A DNA stretch of 64,000 nucleotides from a bacterium UBP13_UBA5359 (GTDB lineage Bacteria; UBP13; UBA5359), in contig DHPR01000013.1 of the NCBI GenBank assembly GCA_002410925.1, forward strand, positions 76,995 through 140,994, given 5' to 3'. Below the pieces are notes generated by a model, which did not search any database, was not told the origin of the DNA, and saw nothing but the letters and a program-made list of their open reading frames with translations. A program made the position numbers and the translations under genes. Below, piece by piece: positions 49,397 to 58,717 of this stretch; the first letter of the stretch is position 1, and every line of letters starts with the position of its first letter.

Positions 49397-50437
49397 ATGG
49401 GAATCCGAAAAGAGATAACTGACGATCAGCGACCGGCGGCGCCTTCGAAGAGCATATTTACGGAGCAACTCTATTCCTTTGACGAAGATTGTCGTCTCGT
49501 ATCGCCACTGGCTGGAATTGATGAAGCCGGACGAGGTCCTCTGGCCGGTCCCGTAGTTGCCGCCGCTGTTATTCTGCCCGAAGAAGCCCCTCCGTTGGAG
49601 GGGCTTAATGATTCCAAGCGCTTGACGCCGCGACGCCGCGAAGCGCTGGCTGCCGGACTTAAGGAGATCGGGGCTGTTGTAGGGATAGGTATGGTTTCCC
49701 CGGCCGAAATAGATCGTTTCAATATTCTGCAGGCCACCATGACAGCTATGCAGCGAGCCCTGCGGCGGTTATCCCCTGTTCCTGCCATCGTTCTGGTAGA
49801 TGGCAACAAAGCACCGCAATTTCCCGGTATAGAGGTAAGATGCATTGTCAACGGAGACAGCAAGAGCGCCAGCATAGCTGCCGCTTCTATAGCTGCCAAA
49901 GTCTATCGTGACGAGATCATGCGCAGGTACGATGAGATTTATCCCGGATACGGTTTTGCCTCACATAAGGGTTACGGTACAGCAGAACATATTCAAGCTT
50001 TGAAGCAGCTTGGTCCCTGTCCCATTCACCGATACAGCTTTGCCCCTGTCAGCAGCATGGGGAAGGAAAAAGACAACGTTATTAGCCCGGGTGTGCTGGC
50101 AGAACAGAGAGCGTGTGATTTTTTGAAAAAGAGGGGATATTTCATCAAAGAGAGAAATTATAGGTTAAAAACAGGTGAAATAGATATAATTGCCGGTAAA
50201 GAGAATTTTCTGGCCTTTGTCGAGGTCAAGATGCGCTCCGGTATAGATGAAAGCCGGCCATGTGAAAGAGTGACGCCTCAGCAGCAGGCACGTATTATCA
50301 GAACTGCCGAGGCCTATGTCGCCTGGAAAAAGGTAAAGGTTCCGTGTCGTTTCGATATCATCGAGGTTGTGCCTGATGGAGGAGAATACAGAGTGGACAG
50401 GCATATCGAAGATGCCTTCCAGAAGCCGGGAAATTGA
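49397..50437 (+). CDS. rnhB: Ribonuclease HII fused to YraN-like nuclease domain
   Basis: GIDEAGRGPLAGPV, SIAAASIAAK, HKGYGT; then RNYRLKTGEIDII..FVEVK..RFDII. Confidence 0.93.
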   Translation: MGIRKEITDDQRPAAPSKSIFTEQLYSFDEDCRLVSPLAGIDEAGRGPLAGPVVAAAVILPEEAPPLEGLNDSKRLTPRRREALAAGLKEIGAVVGIGMVSPAEIDRFNILQATMTAMQRALRRLSPVPAIVLVDGNKAPQFPGIEVRCIVNGDSKSASIAAASIAAKVYRDEIMRRYDEIYPGYGFASHKGYGTAEHIQALKQLGPCPIHRYSFAPVSSMGKEKDNVISPGVLAEQRACDFLKKRGYFIKERNYRLKTGEIDIIAGKENFLAFVEVKMRSGIDESRPCERVTPQQQARIIRTAEAYVAWKKVKVPCRFDIIEVVPDGGEYRVDRHIEDAFQKPGN

Positions 50438-50561
50438 TATATAATATAGTTAACCTGAGCAGGGATAGACAGAAATCAGGCAGGCAGAGGAAACAAGCGG
50501 ATGATTGCTTGAGGAGCCGGCTTGGATATCCCGGTTCCCGACTTTTGATTACTGAAAAGAG

Positions 50562-52859
50562 GTGTCCCCGGCAATGCGGTTAAAGGCAGGTTCAAAGAGC
50601 GGTCAGGCACTGATAATTGCCATATTAGTGCTCATTGTTCTGCTGCTTATGTCGCAATATTTTGCTACTTTAGTTATTCGTAACCTCACTATGGCCGGCA
50701 GCGGCATCAACCGTAGCACAGCTCAGCGCCTGGCTGAAGCCGGTGTGGATTATGCCCTATTCCAATTGCGAAGCGGATATATACCGGAGGCGGCTGATCC
50801 GGATAAAGGACGTTTTTTTCCCTGCGATTGGAAGAAGCCGGATAACGATGCCGCTCCCGTCGTACCCGGTGATGAAACAATCAATATAGATGGCGGCTCC
50901 TTTAAAATAAGGATAATCAATCCTTATTGCCCAAAGAAATACAAGAATGATCCTTCCAGCGAAGGACTTCTCGATACCCGTCCGGGCAGCACACCACAGG
51001 AATACGATGCCGCTTATAATCTTTGTAAATATACCGATGCCAGTGGCAGCGTCTGTGCACATCCGGCCTACGTTAAGATTATCTCTACCGGCACGCCGGA
51101 AGGCGTTCTCAACATCAGCAAGACCATAGAGGCGATTGTAGCGGTAGCTCCAGTTTACAATGAGTATATGCGCTTTATCGGTAGCGATACCCTTTTTAAG
51201 AATAACGCAGCTTTAATTAACAGCGGCCTTTACGGTTCCGGCTCCAATGCTCTGGATATTCAGCCTGCACCCATATATGTGCTGGGCAATGCTACCTGGG
51301 ATGTAAGCATTCCATACTATCTTGATGCGAGAATAAACCGAGTTTGTCGTTTTGAGTGTACCGGTAAATTGAAGAATCCGCCTGTGGTAAACACGGCTAT
51401 CGAAGGTTTTTCGACGTTGCAGACAGGGAGTGCCAATGGTGATTCCGCATATTATGCAGACAATTCTTATTGCTATAACGGGTTAAGCTTCTTTGATATG
51501 GCGCATATGCCTTACTATATCTACGACGGCAACCAATATAACGCTATCGGCCGCACGGCATGGTTCGATGACGGAGATTTTATTCTATATGCAGTTTTGG
51601 CGGAAAAGAGAGGCCTCTGGATCAACAATTCCGCTGATACCTCTGACAGCTGGCCTACGCCTGTTAGCATCGACGGTTTACCCGCTCTCTGGACAGGCTT
51701 TCCCGCCGTCAGCGATAATTGGGAGAAACACGATACCGATGACCCCGACGGTGATAAAGTCCCTGTCTTCAACCCGCCGGCGGTGGAGCTTATCTTTAAC
51801 GGCGATAGGGTTACTGTCCAGGAAAGGTTCTCCGCCGGCAGCAGTTTTGCCGCCGGAACCAACGAATACAAGATCAAGGGCGCCGTTGCCGATCCTAACA
51901 ATTTGAAAAACATGCTGCTGGATGATGTTAATAAGTTTGCTCCGGCCGTTATATACATCAACGGCGATGTTCGTATTCGCGGCTATGTAACGAAGCCCGT
52001 TACCGTCGTTTCCAACAGGTGTATATATCTTGACAAGGGGATATCCGCCCCGCCAGCAGGCGGGCATACGGTCTATCCCGCTCTGATAGCCCGTAATTAT
52101 ATTACCGTTAATACTACGCAGATGTTCTACTATTACGGGCGGGTAACCGACGGCAAGGAGCTCACCAGCTTTGATGAAGCAGCCTCCGCTCCCGATCCTC
52201 TCGCGATAATTCAATCCGACCGGTGGCAGCTGAATGCTGCCGACCAGAGTGTGACTTTCAAGCTGCTCTCCTCAAGCTCTACATCCAATTCAAGATTGGT
52301 GATAGATAGATCCACCGGTGGTGCTGCGCCAGCGACAGCCGAGGTACAGATCAAGGTTATCAGGCATGACGGCACTGAGAGTATTTTTTCGGATAATCTG
52401 AACGGCGGAGTCTCCCGTGGCTATAAATCGATAACAAATCTGAACAGCGTTAAGGAAGTGGAACTCTCCTATAAAGCAGGTAATTGCGATTATAATATCC
52501 ATCAGATACAGCTCTTCCATATACCGGTGGATGGAGCCTTGTCCAGGCTGCCTGTAGAGGCCATGATGATCTCTTACAGCAATTCTCTATTTGTTATACC
52601 CGGCAATGCCGGCAGCGGCTACAGCACAGTGCTGGACGGCGGCAGCGGAGCTTGGGGCATAGATCCGCCCGCCGGCTTTAAGCTGGACTTCAAAGGCACT
52701 CTAGCCGAGAAAACATTGGAGTCCGCTATCCCTGATTGGGAAGCAAGCTGGCTGCCGTATATAACAAATACTTACGATTGCCAATCCGTACGTAATTTCA
52801 AGAACCTGTCGCCATATCTTCCCAAGCTGGTAAGAGTAATCTCCTGGATAACCAGATAG
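50562..52859 (+). CDS. PilX-like N-terminal domain protein (type IV pilus/pseudopilus-associated)
   Basis: SGQALIIAILVLIVLLL...A.RLAEAGVDYAL; I.STG; VIYINGDVRIRG. Confidence 0.7.
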   Translation: MSPAMRLKAGSKSGQALIIAILVLIVLLLMSQYFATLVIRNLTMAGSGINRSTAQRLAEAGVDYALFQLRSGYIPEAADPDKGRFFPCDWKKPDNDAAPVVPGDETINIDGGSFKIRIINPYCPKKYKNDPSSEGLLDTRPGSTPQEYDAAYNLCKYTDASGSVCAHPAYVKIISTGTPEGVLNISKTIEAIVAVAPVYNEYMRFIGSDTLFKNNAALINSGLYGSGSNALDIQPAPIYVLGNATWDVSIPYYLDARINRVCRFECTGKLKNPPVVNTAIEGFSTLQTGSANGDSAYYADNSYCYNGLSFFDMAHMPYYIYDGNQYNAIGRTAWFDDGDFILYAVLAEKRGLWINNSADTSDSWPTPVSIDGLPALWTGFPAVSDNWEKHDTDDPDGDKVPVFNPPAVELIFNGDRVTVQERFSAGSSFAAGTNEYKIKGAVADPNNLKNMLLDDVNKFAPAVIYINGDVRIRGYVTKPVTVVSNRCIYLDKGISAPPAGGHTVYPALIARNYITVNTTQMFYYYGRVTDGKELTSFDEAASAPDPLAIIQSDRWQLNAADQSVTFKLLSSSSTSNSRLVIDRSTGGAAPATAEVQIKVIRHDGTESIFSDNLNGGVSRGYKSITNLNSVKEVELSYKAGNCDYNIHQIQLFHIPVDGALSRLPVEAMMISYSNSLFVIPGNAGSGYSTVLDGGSGAWGIDPPAGFKLDFKGTLAEKTLESAIPDWEASWLPYITNTYDCQSVRNFKNLSPYLPKLVRVISWITR

Positions 52860-52937
52860 ATTGAAGCTTGAAATTCGATATTCGTTCAGCGACAGTTGAC
52901 AGGTATAGATCGTTAGGTTGCAAATACGAGCCGGAGA

Positions 52938-55907
52938 GTGAATTTAGTGAAAAAGAGGACATATCTCGTAACATCGATGCTGTTGGCCTTGATCGTCTTA
53001 TGGGCGGCTTCCTCGGCCGAGGCCTTGCTCTCAGAGGTATACGTCTCTACCAGCGGCAGCGATAGTAACGACGGCGCCTCGCCGGCCACGCCAAAGTTAA
53101 CCGTGCAGAACGCTGTCGGCGCGCTTGATCCTGCCGCAAGCGGCTATATCTATATTGCAGCAGGCAATTATCCCGATGGAGCCGTTATAGACAAAGGGTG
53201 TAAACTTTCCCCCTCTGCCGGAGTGACGATCAGCGCCTTAACGATAAGCTCCATCGGCGCTATAACCGATATTATCTCAGACCTGACCGTAAATGGAAGT
53301 GTGACTATCAGTAACGGATCCACGCTTGCATTGTTAGCACCGGGAACACTGACCATTGGCGGGAATCTTGACATAGGCGACGGCGCTATCTTCGATTTAA
53401 AGGGTGCCAACCTTGCTATAAGCGGCGCTTTCTCCAACAACGGCATCCTTCGTTGCAAAGGCACCGAGACCATAACAGGCCTTACACAGGATACTGCCTC
53501 CGGTATCTGGGAATATACCGGAGATACGAGTGCGGCCCCCATAGCTATCAAAGACTTCGGCATTACGGATTATTACGATCTAAAAATCAATGATAACTCC
53601 GGCTCAGGTTATACCATAAGCGCACCTCTATCGGTAGCTCGTAATCTGGATATCTCTTTTGGCAGCCTGGACTTATCTGCCGCTTTCGTCACCGTTGGCG
53701 GTAATGTAACCGTTGTCTCTCATGGTACATTGACTGCCCCCGACTCCGCTTCCGGTTTCACTATAGGCGGCAATTACACCAATGACGGCGGTGTCTTCAA
53801 TCATTCAGGCGGAACCGTTACGTTCAATGCCGCTTTCAGCAGCGCAGGAGACCCTCAGAGCCTGGATTCCGGCGGCAAAGACTTTTATAATATAATCCAT
53901 TCCGGTACCGGCACCTTGAAACTTATCGGTAATGCCCTGAATATTATGTCCAACCTGACCAATGAGAACGGTACTTTCAATACCAATGAGCAGAACGTTT
54001 CTATTGGTGCAGACCTTACTCTTGTTGCCGGAAACATAAGGGTGGGCAGTGATGCCGTGACAATGACCGTTAACGGCATGACAAATATCAACGGCGGCCT
54101 AATGACGGTTACCGGTGCAAGCTCCACTTTGAAGACGGACAGCGGTACTTTAACCATCAACAACGACGGCAGCCTCAATGCTTTGGCGGGAAACCTTATT
54201 GTTAAAGACCTCGCTATCAATAATAATGCCACCTTGTTTGCCCCCGGTACCGGAAAATCCTTTTCCATTGCGGGAGATTTTACCAATTCTGCAGGTGCAG
54301 CGGCTTTTTCGCACGGTAACGGAACAGTCCTATTTAACAAATCATCAGCCGGCGCTCAAACTCTGACTTCCGGCGGCGTCTCATTTTACAACCTTGCCCA
54401 TGACGGCGCAGGTACGCTTCTGCTGGCCGATGATATTGATATCCTGGGAGATCTATCCAATACAATCGGAACCTTTGATGCCGCCGACAAGATCATTACT
54501 CTTGCCGGCAACTTCAGCAATGCCGCTGCGGCCGTTTTTGAAGCCGGCCCGAATATTTTTATGTCCAACGATATACCAAAGGAGTGGAGCAACACCGGAA
54601 CGTTTAATCACCATGACGGCACCGTTACCCTGAGCGGAACGGCAGGAATAGATGCTGCCCTCGGCATTAGCGGCAACACCACTTTTAAGAACCTTATATG
54701 CACCACCGATGGAAAGGTCTTGTTGTTTGCTCCCGGCTCCACCCAGACAATAACAGGCGCTCTGACCCTTACCGGCAAGAGCGACAGCCTGGTAAAGCTT
54801 AATTCCACCTTGGCCGGCAATGCCTACACCCTTGATGTATCAGATCCCGGCGCCGTCGCCAAGGTATCTTATGTCAATGTTCAGGATTCCACGGCTAAGA
54901 ATCTTATTATTCCCACAGCTTCCATCAATTCCGGAAACAATACCAACTGGCTCTTTGATACCGGCATAAATCAGCCCTTTGAGAGCAGCGGCGATATAGT
55001 GGTGAAGCCTTACGCGGGAAGCCAAACAGCGCTTGATCCCGGACCGGGGATATATTTTTCCTGCATCTTTCCCGATATCAGCCCGGACGGCACAGAGATA
55101 GTCTTTGGCGGTAGCGGCAAACTTCGCAAGATGAATATAAGCACCAAAGCGGTAACGGAATTAGCAGATATAGGTCCCGGCAAAGTTATCCTGACCTGCC
55201 GGTATAGCCCTGATGGCGACAAAATAGCCTTTTGGGTGGCTGGAAGCGCTTTGCGGCAGATATATTATGTAATGGCTAACGGCGACGATATCCTCAATGA
55301 GCCGCTCGGTACCAAGATAAAGTGTCTCTGGGCACAGCAGGCTGCACAGGGGAGAAGCAACCTGGCCTGGGCTTACGAGGCCGGCGCTTGCGACAAAATT
55401 TATTTTCTTAACTTTGAATATCTGAATAACGGCAAATTCAGCCGTGCTATACAGAAAGTGGATCTGTCCGGTGCGGTGGAAACAGTGCTTGATGATCTCA
55501 GCAACGCCGCTCTGCTTGATAATGCTAATCTGCTCGATTTCGATGTAGCCTATGATTTAACGCACGGCGATATCCCGGTAATTGTGAGAACAAACGGCAC
55601 CTCCTTCTTGCTTACAACGTATAGCGGTATGGATTTTAATAATCTGTCCAAAATTGACGTCTCTTCCAATCTGGCTGCCTGGAACGGTTATGCCCCCGAA
55701 GGAGCTCGTCCGGTATGGGTCAAGGAAGGAGCAGCCTGGAAGATCGGTTACAACAGAGGCGACGACAGCATCGTCAGCCGCGCCGCCAATACCGCAGATG
55801 CGCCGGAAGTTCCTATGAGTTTAACAGGTCGTTTCCCGCGCTGGAATGCTGCCGGCAAGGTGGTTTATCGTCGCCCTTCCAAGATTACTCCACCTCCACA
55901 TCCATAA
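52938..55907 (+). CDS. Large secreted adhesin-like protein (beta-helix repeats + TolB/PD40-like C-terminal region)
   Basis: Signal peptide, VYVSTSGSDSNDG, repeated G.FNH..GTVTF / FYNL.H.G.GTL units, SPDG..I.F repeats. Confidence 0.65.
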   Translation: MNLVKKRTYLVTSMLLALIVLWAASSAEALLSEVYVSTSGSDSNDGASPATPKLTVQNAVGALDPAASGYIYIAAGNYPDGAVIDKGCKLSPSAGVTISALTISSIGAITDIISDLTVNGSVTISNGSTLALLAPGTLTIGGNLDIGDGAIFDLKGANLAISGAFSNNGILRCKGTETITGLTQDTASGIWEYTGDTSAAPIAIKDFGITDYYDLKINDNSGSGYTISAPLSVARNLDISFGSLDLSAAFVTVGGNVTVVSHGTLTAPDSASGFTIGGNYTNDGGVFNHSGGTVTFNAAFSSAGDPQSLDSGGKDFYNIIHSGTGTLKLIGNALNIMSNLTNENGTFNTNEQNVSIGADLTLVAGNIRVGSDAVTMTVNGMTNINGGLMTVTGASSTLKTDSGTLTINNDGSLNALAGNLIVKDLAINNNATLFAPGTGKSFSIAGDFTNSAGAAAFSHGNGTVLFNKSSAGAQTLTSGGVSFYNLAHDGAGTLLLADDIDILGDLSNTIGTFDAADKIITLAGNFSNAAAAVFEAGPNIFMSNDIPKEWSNTGTFNHHDGTVTLSGTAGIDAALGISGNTTFKNLICTTDGKVLLFAPGSTQTITGALTLTGKSDSLVKLNSTLAGNAYTLDVSDPGAVAKVSYVNVQDSTAKNLIIPTASINSGNNTNWLFDTGINQPFESSGDIVVKPYAGSQTALDPGPGIYFSCIFPDISPDGTEIVFGGSGKLRKMNISTKAVTELADIGPGKVILTCRYSPDGDKIAFWVAGSALRQIYYVMANGDDILNEPLGTKIKCLWAQQAAQGRSNLAWAYEAGACDKIYFLNFEYLNNGKFSRAIQKVDLSGAVETVLDDLSNAALLDNANLLDFDVAYDLTHGDIPVIVRTNGTSFLLTTYSGMDFNNLSKIDVSSNLAAWNGYAPEGARPVWVKEGAAWKIGYNRGDDSIVSRAANTADAPEVPMSLTGRFPRWNAAGKVVYRRPSKITPPPHP

Positions 55908-56538
55908 CGTAGCTGCGCACACCCGGCGTATGCCAGACAATATTCTCCACTGCTCGACGCACCTGGATATTGAGCACACGTCCGGTGACATATACTTTAC
56001 CATTCTTCGTATGAACAGATATATCCAGGTCTTGGGGCAGGTTCTCGCTTTCACCCAGGCTCTCCATCACCGCTTGGGTAACCTCTATATCCGACATGAT
56101 TATGGGAGGGGTTACCTCGATACGGTTGATTACATCAGATACGCCGAAGACGCCGCGTGCATCTTCCTCCGCCGAGGCCTTTTCATCAATGGTAGCGGCC
56201 TTGCCGCTCAATGTTACGATGCCGTTTCTGACCCCGATTATTATATCCTCCGCATCAACTCTCACATCTCTCAGCAAGGCGCTCTCCACATCCGCTATCA
56301 GAGTGGCATCTGTCTCTACTGAAAAAGGAACCACAGAGATATCATCCTCCACATTGGCTACCTCGTCTACATTCATTGCCAGTTCCACAGCTGCCGCTTT
56401 CTCAGTATAGGTATTGACGCAACCGCCCAGATAGACAATGCGATTTTTGACATCCACATCTATTTCATCTGCGTCCACTCTGGCATCCCATTTAAGAGCA
56501 GCTTCTATGTTTTTCTTTATCTCCTCATCCCTTCGCAT
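55885..56538 (-). CDS. Triple BON-domain protein
   Basis: Three D..I...I.V.V.NG.V.L.G.V..GV..V.N units; RBS GGAGG. Confidence 0.9.
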   Translation of the reverse strand: MRRDEEIKKNIEAALKWDARVDADEIDVDVKNRIVYLGGCVNTYTEKAAAVELAMNVDEVANVEDDISVVPFSVETDATLIADVESALLRDVRVDAEDIIIGVRNGIVTLSGKAATIDEKASAEEDARGVFGVSDVINRIEVTPPIIMSDIEVTQAVMESLGESENLPQDLDISVHTKNGKVYVTGRVLNIQVRRAVENIVWHTPGVRSYVMDVEVE

Positions 56539-56564
56539 GGCAGCTCCTCCGGTTTTAGTAAATA

Positions 56565-56652
56565 TTACCCCATAACCTTACACAATAAACGAATCTCAGC
56601 GATCGCCGCCATGCTTACCGCTATGTGTTTATATTATGCCGATACAGGGTAA
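56565..56652. promoter_or_regulatory. Back-to-back SigB/SigF-type promoters
   Basis: GTTTAT-14-GGGTAA on minus (56590-56565) and on plus (56627-56652). Confidence 0.7.
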
Positions 56653-56685
56653 TCAACCTTAAATAGACTATGCGGAGGTGAAAGG

Positions 56686-56952
56686 ATGTCCGACGGATAC
56701 GGTATCTCCCCGGCCGATGCCGAACCGCCTGATGATGAAGATTTGAAAGAGGCTGTTGAAGAGAGCATTGCCTTTGATCCCTGGGTAGAGGCTTCACGGA
56801 TCAATATCAATGTAGAGCACGGTAAGGTAATACTTGAGGGAACAGTGGATTCCGCTATTGAAAAGCGGTCTGCCGCTGATGATGCCTGGGATACCGCAGG
56901 TGTGACGGATGTGGATAACCGCTTGGTAATCAAATCGGCTATGGCAAAATAA
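56686..56952 (+). CDS. Single BON-domain protein
   Basis: ININVEHGKVILEGTVDS...AGVTDVDNRL; RBS GGAGG. Confidence 0.88.
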   Translation: MSDGYGISPADAEPPDDEDLKEAVEESIAFDPWVEASRININVEHGKVILEGTVDSAIEKRSAADDAWDTAGVTDVDNRLVIKSAMAK

Positions 56953-56978
56953 TAGAACAATTGAGAGGAGGATGGAGG

Positions 56979-57395
56979 ATGGATGTCGGCGATATAATGA
57001 CTAAAAATGTTACACGTGTCTTACCTCAGGACAATCTGCAAAAGGCCGCCGCGTTAATGAAAGATAGCAAGGTAGGCTGTCTGGTAGTTGCCGGCAGCGC
57101 CAAGGCTATCGGTATTCTGACAGATAGGGACCTGGCTGTCAGGGCGCTGGCTCAAGACTGGCTGCCGCATGAGCACAATGTAAGCGAAGTAATGACTGCC
57201 AATCCCATCACCATTAATCAGGATAGCGATATAATGGAGGCAGCCAGACTGATCGGCCGAAACAGGATTCGTCGTTTGCCGGTAACGGATGACAAAAACA
57301 ACCTGGTTGGCTTGGTATCGGAAGCCGACGTAACCGAATATATCGGCCAGGCCTTGACCGATATATTCGGAGAGCTGACCAAAGCTGAAAAGTAG
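56979..57395 (+). CDS. CBS-pair protein
   Basis: V.DIMT, GILTDRDL, VMT, IRRLPV, GLVS..D. Confidence 0.92.
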   Translation: MDVGDIMTKNVTRVLPQDNLQKAAALMKDSKVGCLVVAGSAKAIGILTDRDLAVRALAQDWLPHEHNVSEVMTANPITINQDSDIMEAARLIGRNRIRRLPVTDDKNNLVGLVSEADVTEYIGQALTDIFGELTKAEK

Positions 57396-57457
57396 TAGCA
57401 AGAAAAGGAGGGGATCCGATACAGGAAGGCATACCTGTGCCGGAACCCCTCCCGATA

Positions 57458-57600
57458 CTCCTAAACTTGCAAACGAGCTTAAATACTAAGCAACTGACCC
57501 CAACCCTCCTGTCTCCTGTCTCCTGTCTCCTAAACTTGCAAACGGACCCAAATCCCAAGCAACGCACCCAAATCCCAAACAACCGACCCCAACCCTCCTG
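57458..57600 (+). repeat. Composite repeat patch
   Basis: Two units CTCCTAAACTTGCAAACG...GACCCCAACCCTCCTG, (CTCCTGT)x3 at 57506-57526, internal 20-nt duplication. Confidence 0.85.
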
Positions 57601-57708
57601 AAACTAAAACAAGTGCCCGTTCGTATAATTATCATAGAAACAGAACGGAGCAGCCGGACAAATAATCATCAATCTGGCCGGCATAATATAAAGAGGAGGA
57701 ATAATGTA

Positions 57709-58332
57709 ATGAAGAGGGCTGTTGCTGTATGGGTTGTTGTTGCACTGTTGGTGACAGCATTGCCGATGGTGCTTCTGGCTGACGGCATAAGAATCGGTGG
57801 TGATAAGAAGGATGTAAAGAGAGAGGGTATTGTACTATCACAAGGCAAGGCAAGCACGCAGCATTTAAGGCGGGATCGCAAAGATGGAAGCGCTTTCTGG
57901 CCCGGAGTTATCGGTGGCTTCATAATAGGAAGCATCATCAACTCTCAAAACAAGGCTAATTATTATTGCGATTACCACTGCTGTTATCACAGTGGAGATA
58001 ATAGGTGCGATAAGGCTAAATGGCGTATCGGCGAGCCCTGTATAGTTCTTCGTATTTCCGATATAGATGTGGAAAGAGAGATCGGTCATAGCCGTCGGGC
58101 TAATTTGCGCCAACCCGTAAAGGTATGGATAGAAGGAAATGACATTCGTGACGCTATCTTTACCATCAAGGGACGTAACACATATCAGGAGACCAAAGTT
58201 TACTCCGGAACGCCATTTGTGAGAATATATCCCGAGGATTATCGCTACGGTGAAAATATTTGCGTAACGGTAAGGGCCAGGCAGGGAACGCACGCTAGTA
58301 AAAGCATAGACCTTAATTTTACCATCAGGTAG
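57709..58332 (+). CDS. Hypothetical exported protein
   Basis: RBS GAGGAGG, signal peptide, glycine-zipper-like GVIGGFIIGS, CDYHCCYH. Confidence 0.7.
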   Translation: MKRAVAVWVVVALLVTALPMVLLADGIRIGGDKKDVKREGIVLSQGKASTQHLRRDRKDGSAFWPGVIGGFIIGSIINSQNKANYYCDYHCCYHSGDNRCDKAKWRIGEPCIVLRISDIDVEREIGHSRRANLRQPVKVWIEGNDIRDAIFTIKGRNTYQETKVYSGTPFVRIYPEDYRYGENICVTVRARQGTHASKSIDLNFTIR

Positions 58333-58393
58333 GTAAAAAAATAGAGCGAGATATTAATCAGTTGGTCCCCGCCGCGATGGCTGCGGCAGGGGC

Positions 58394-58435
58394 GAATAAA
58401 GCGGGGAGGGCTGGACAGCCCTCCCCGCTTTATTC
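58394..58435. terminator. Probable bidirectional intrinsic terminator
   Basis: Perfect 20-bp inverted repeat GAATAAAGCGGGGAGGGCTG-GA-CAGCCCTCCCCGCTTTATTC. Confidence 0.75.
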
Positions 58436-58717
58436 TTGCAGCTTCTATTTTCCCGATTTTCGGAAGGTAAAAAATTTTTTGACAGCGAATAGTTATAAGT
58501 GATAAAATGTGCCCATGGCCCTTTGTGGTAGTTCAAAGAGCCGTTTGAAGAGTAATATAGCGATAACATGTCAGGGTTGCAGAGGAGTATATGTAACTTA
58601 GAGGGCGAAGCTATGCCTATAGCTGGTTGTTATCTTCGAATTTTCGCCTTCTTTTTGTCCTTCTTCTGTAAATAGTTTCAGTTAAAGCTTGGTGATTATC
58701 ATATGGAGGTGTTTTTC

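Noticed and set aside
57458-57600. Possible CRISPR array
   Set aside because: Only two or three degenerate units, no unique spacers of constant length, no cas genes
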